A DNA stretch of 64,000 nucleotides from the NCBI GenBank assembly GCA_044375895.1, contig JBILLV010000008.1, forward strand, positions 7,599 through 71,598, read 5' to 3'. The position numbers were made by a program, and so were the translations under genes. Below the pieces are notes generated by a model that did not search any database, was not told the origin of the DNA, and saw nothing but the letters and a program-made list of their open reading frames with translations. The DNA is from Polyangiales bacterium (GTDB lineage Bacteria > Myxococcota_A > Polyangia > Polyangiales > Ga0077539). This document shows positions 62,122-64,000 of this stretch, piece after piece (position 1 is the stretch's first letter; every line of letters begins with the position of its first letter).

Positions 62122-63368
62122 CGGCACACCGGCGCGAGCGCCCGCAGCCGCGCCGCCAGCGCGTTGTAGTCGTCGATGCGCGAGCCGCCGCGCACGTCGC
62201 CCGTGAACCGGTAGTAGTACCGCGCGGGCACCATCGTGCCGGTGTACGCCGCGACGTCCGAGTCGGTGTTGCCGATGCCGACGTCGGGCGCCATCCCGAA
62301 GCGCGTGCGGAGCGCGCGGAGCTCGTCGGTCTTGAAGGTCTCCGCCGCGGCGCCGAGGGCCCCCGTGAGCCCGAGGGTGGTGTGGACGATCCCGTTGGGG
62401 AAGCCGCGGAGCCTGAGCCACGCGTGCGTGCCGGGCTCCAGCCACTCGGGGCGCGCGGTGAGGTACATCACCTCGTAGCCGCGGTCGACGAGGGCGCGGA
62501 TCACCTCCGGGCCGCCCGGGTTGGCCGCGGGCGGAGGGCCCGCCAGGAGCGCGGTGAAGGCGGCGTTCTCGCTCTCGGTGAGCGTCCCGTCGACGTCCGT
62601 CACGGCCACCCGGGCGCCCGCGGGGGCGACGCGGATCCACTGCTCGGCGGTCGTGTGGTCGCCGCGCACCACGAAGAGCACCTTGTGCCAGCCCACCGCG
62701 AGCCGCTGCGCCGTCGGGATCTGCGCGTACACCCGGCCCCCGTTGTCGCTCACGCCCTCCACCGTCGCGTGGGGCGAGGCGTCGAGGCTGGTGGTGAAGG
62801 TGCCGAGGCGCTCCCAGCGCGCGCAGTCGCGGAGGAGCCACACGTCGACGTCCTCGCCGTTGAGGTCGTCGTCGTTGAAGCCGTAGGCGAACTTCGCGAT
62901 GGCCCACTGGGGGTCGCCCTCGCGCAGCAGGAGGTCGCGCCCGCGGTGCCGCGCGGCGCCGAGCGCGACGGTGACGCGCGTCGTGAGGTTGCGCCACGAG
63001 ACGGTCGCGCCGAAGGCAGGAGGCGCGACGGCGCACGCGGGCGGCGGCGGACACGCGACGGGCGCCGCGTCGGGCGGAGGCGCGTCGGGGGCCGCGTCGG
63101 GCACTGCGACATCGGGCGCCGCGTCCGGTGCGGCGACGTCGATCGATGCGTCGGGTGCGCTCACATCGGGTGCGCTTACGTCCGGCGGGCTCGCATCCGC
63201 CGCGACATCGTCGAGCGGCGGCGGCTGATCGCGCGCGGGGGTGGCGTCCGAGGAGGGCTCCGCGGCAACATCTCCAGCCGCATCGGGGGAGGGCTGGAGC
63301 ATCCCCGCGGGAGCGGCCTCCGAGCACGCTGCCAGCAGCAAGACCAGGGACCAGAGGGGCGTACGCAT
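62118..63368 (-). CDS. lipoprotein with LNS2 (lipin/Ned1/Smp2)-like HAD phosphatase domain
   Basis: ATG at 63368 gives MRTPLWSLVLLLAAC. A (P-D-x-x-A)n linker follows. HAD motif I is VTDVDGTLTESE, motif II is YLTARPEW and motif IV is GIGNTDSDVAAY. The GFPNGIVHTT spacing is as in LNS2 domains. Confidence 0.7.
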   Translation of the reverse strand: MRTPLWSLVLLLAACSEAAPAGMLQPSPDAAGDVAAEPSSDATPARDQPPPLDDVAADASPPDVSAPDVSAPDASIDVAAPDAAPDVAVPDAAPDAPPPDAAPVACPPPPACAVAPPAFGATVSWRNLTTRVTVALGAARHRGRDLLLREGDPQWAIAKFAYGFNDDDLNGEDVDVWLLRDCARWERLGTFTTSLDASPHATVEGVSDNGGRVYAQIPTAQRLAVGWHKVLFVVRGDHTTAEQWIRVAPAGARVAVTDVDGTLTESENAAFTALLAGPPPAANPGGPEVIRALVDRGYEVMYLTARPEWLEPGTHAWLRLRGFPNGIVHTTLGLTGALGAAAETFKTDELRALRTRFGMAPDVGIGNTDSDVAAYTGTMVPARYYYRFTGDVRGGSRIDDYNALAARLRALAPVCR

Positions 63369-63478
63369 CGGTGGCGGGACGGTCTCACAGCCGCTCATGC
63401 GTCGCCAAGGGGGGAGCCGCGCGGCGCGAATCCCGCTTTGCACGCGGTCGGGATCGCGCTATCGGTGCCCCCGCCCCG

Positions 63479-64000
63479 ATGGTCGCCCCCCGCGAGAAGC
63501 CCACCGCGCACCGCCCGCTCTTGCAGCGCAAGGGCGCGAAGCGCGCGCTCGTCAACGTCGGCGGCGCCGTCGAGACGGTCGGTGACCCCGAGCTCGCGCG
63601 CCGCCTCGCTGCGGCCCTGACGCTGCGCCCCGGCGAGCGCGACGCGACCCTCACGCACCCCTTTCACGCCTACCCCGCGCGGCTCCACCCCGAGGTGACC
63701 CGCTCGCTCGTGGCGGCCCTCGCGCCCGACCCTGGCTCGGTGGTGCTTGACCCCTTCTGCGGCTCGGGCACCGTGCTCGTGGAGGCCCTCGTGGCGGGCC
63801 ACCGCGCCATCGGCCGCGACCTCTCGCCCCTCGCGGTGGAGCTCGCGTCGATCAAGACGGCCCTCACCACCGCCGACGAGCGCCGCGCCATCGTCGCCGC
63901 CACCAAGGCCGCCGCGGCGCGGGCCGAGGCGCTCTGCTACGAGCGGGGGAAGCTCCCGGTGCCGCCGGGCGAGGCGCGGTGGTTCGCGCCCCACACGCTG
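63479..64000 (+). CDS. SAM-dependent methyltransferase (N6/N4 DNA-methylase-like or UPF0020-like), 5' part; runs off the window end
   Basis: Absent from the ORF track because no stop lies in the window. ATG at 63479 gives MVAPREKPTAHRP. It has HPFHAYPARLHPEV, then motif I VLDPFCGSGTVLVEA and IGRDLSP. Confidence 0.65.
   Translation, partial: MVAPREKPTAHRPLLQRKGAKRALVNVGGAVETVGDPELARRLAAALTLRPGERDATLTHPFHAYPARLHPEVTRSLVAALAPDPGSVVLDPFCGSGTVLVEALVAGHRAIGRDLSPLAVELASIKTALTTADERRAIVAATKAAAARAEALCYERGKLPVPPGEARWFAPHTL

Overview
This is a 64-kb window of a very GC-rich bacterial chromosome, roughly 70% GC or more judged by eye. The gene content points to Myxococcota, probably a Polyangia-type lineage; this is an inference. 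The supporting content is a MYXO-CTERM sorting tag, Myxococcus-type cysteine-rich repeat proteins, many lipoproteins with D-A-x-P-D linkers, two Ser/Thr kinases, a sigma-54 activator, a DUF4351/Rpn-like nuclease and a Uma2 nuclease. I support about 50 protein-coding genes, one tRNA-Cys, four in-frame coding tandem repeats and a few candidate regulatory sites. Most of the very long ORFs in the track (up to 1597 aa) are antisense or out-of-frame artefacts of high GC and were rejected. Core-type genes include an M16 peptidase pair, SppA, ComEC, SmpB, an acyl-CoA carboxyltransferase, a hybrid histidine kinase, a LysR/monooxygenase pair, an MFS pump, a rhodanese and a PQQ dehydrogenase. Three accessory loci stand out. 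(1) At 39.1-44.1 kb a 20-bp-phased inverted repeat array and a hypothetical gene precede one giant protein that fuses a complete NACHT STAND module to a PtuA-like ABC/AAA_21 ATPase. A PtuB-like (TIGR02646-type) HNH nuclease follows it. I read this as a Septu-like candidate defence operon with an added NACHT switch and a possible frameshift at a C5 run. (2) At 4.0-8.0 kb three translationally coupled genes encode two paralogous P-loop NTPases, one with its Walker A lysine replaced, plus a helical protein. This operon is visibly less GC-rich and sits divergent to a DEDDh exonuclease. (3) At 18.5-19.4 kb there is a PD-(D/E)xK-like nuclease with a convergent small ORF. I saw no rRNA, CRISPR array, integrase or transposase. 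All family assignments rest on motifs read by eye; no database search was possible.
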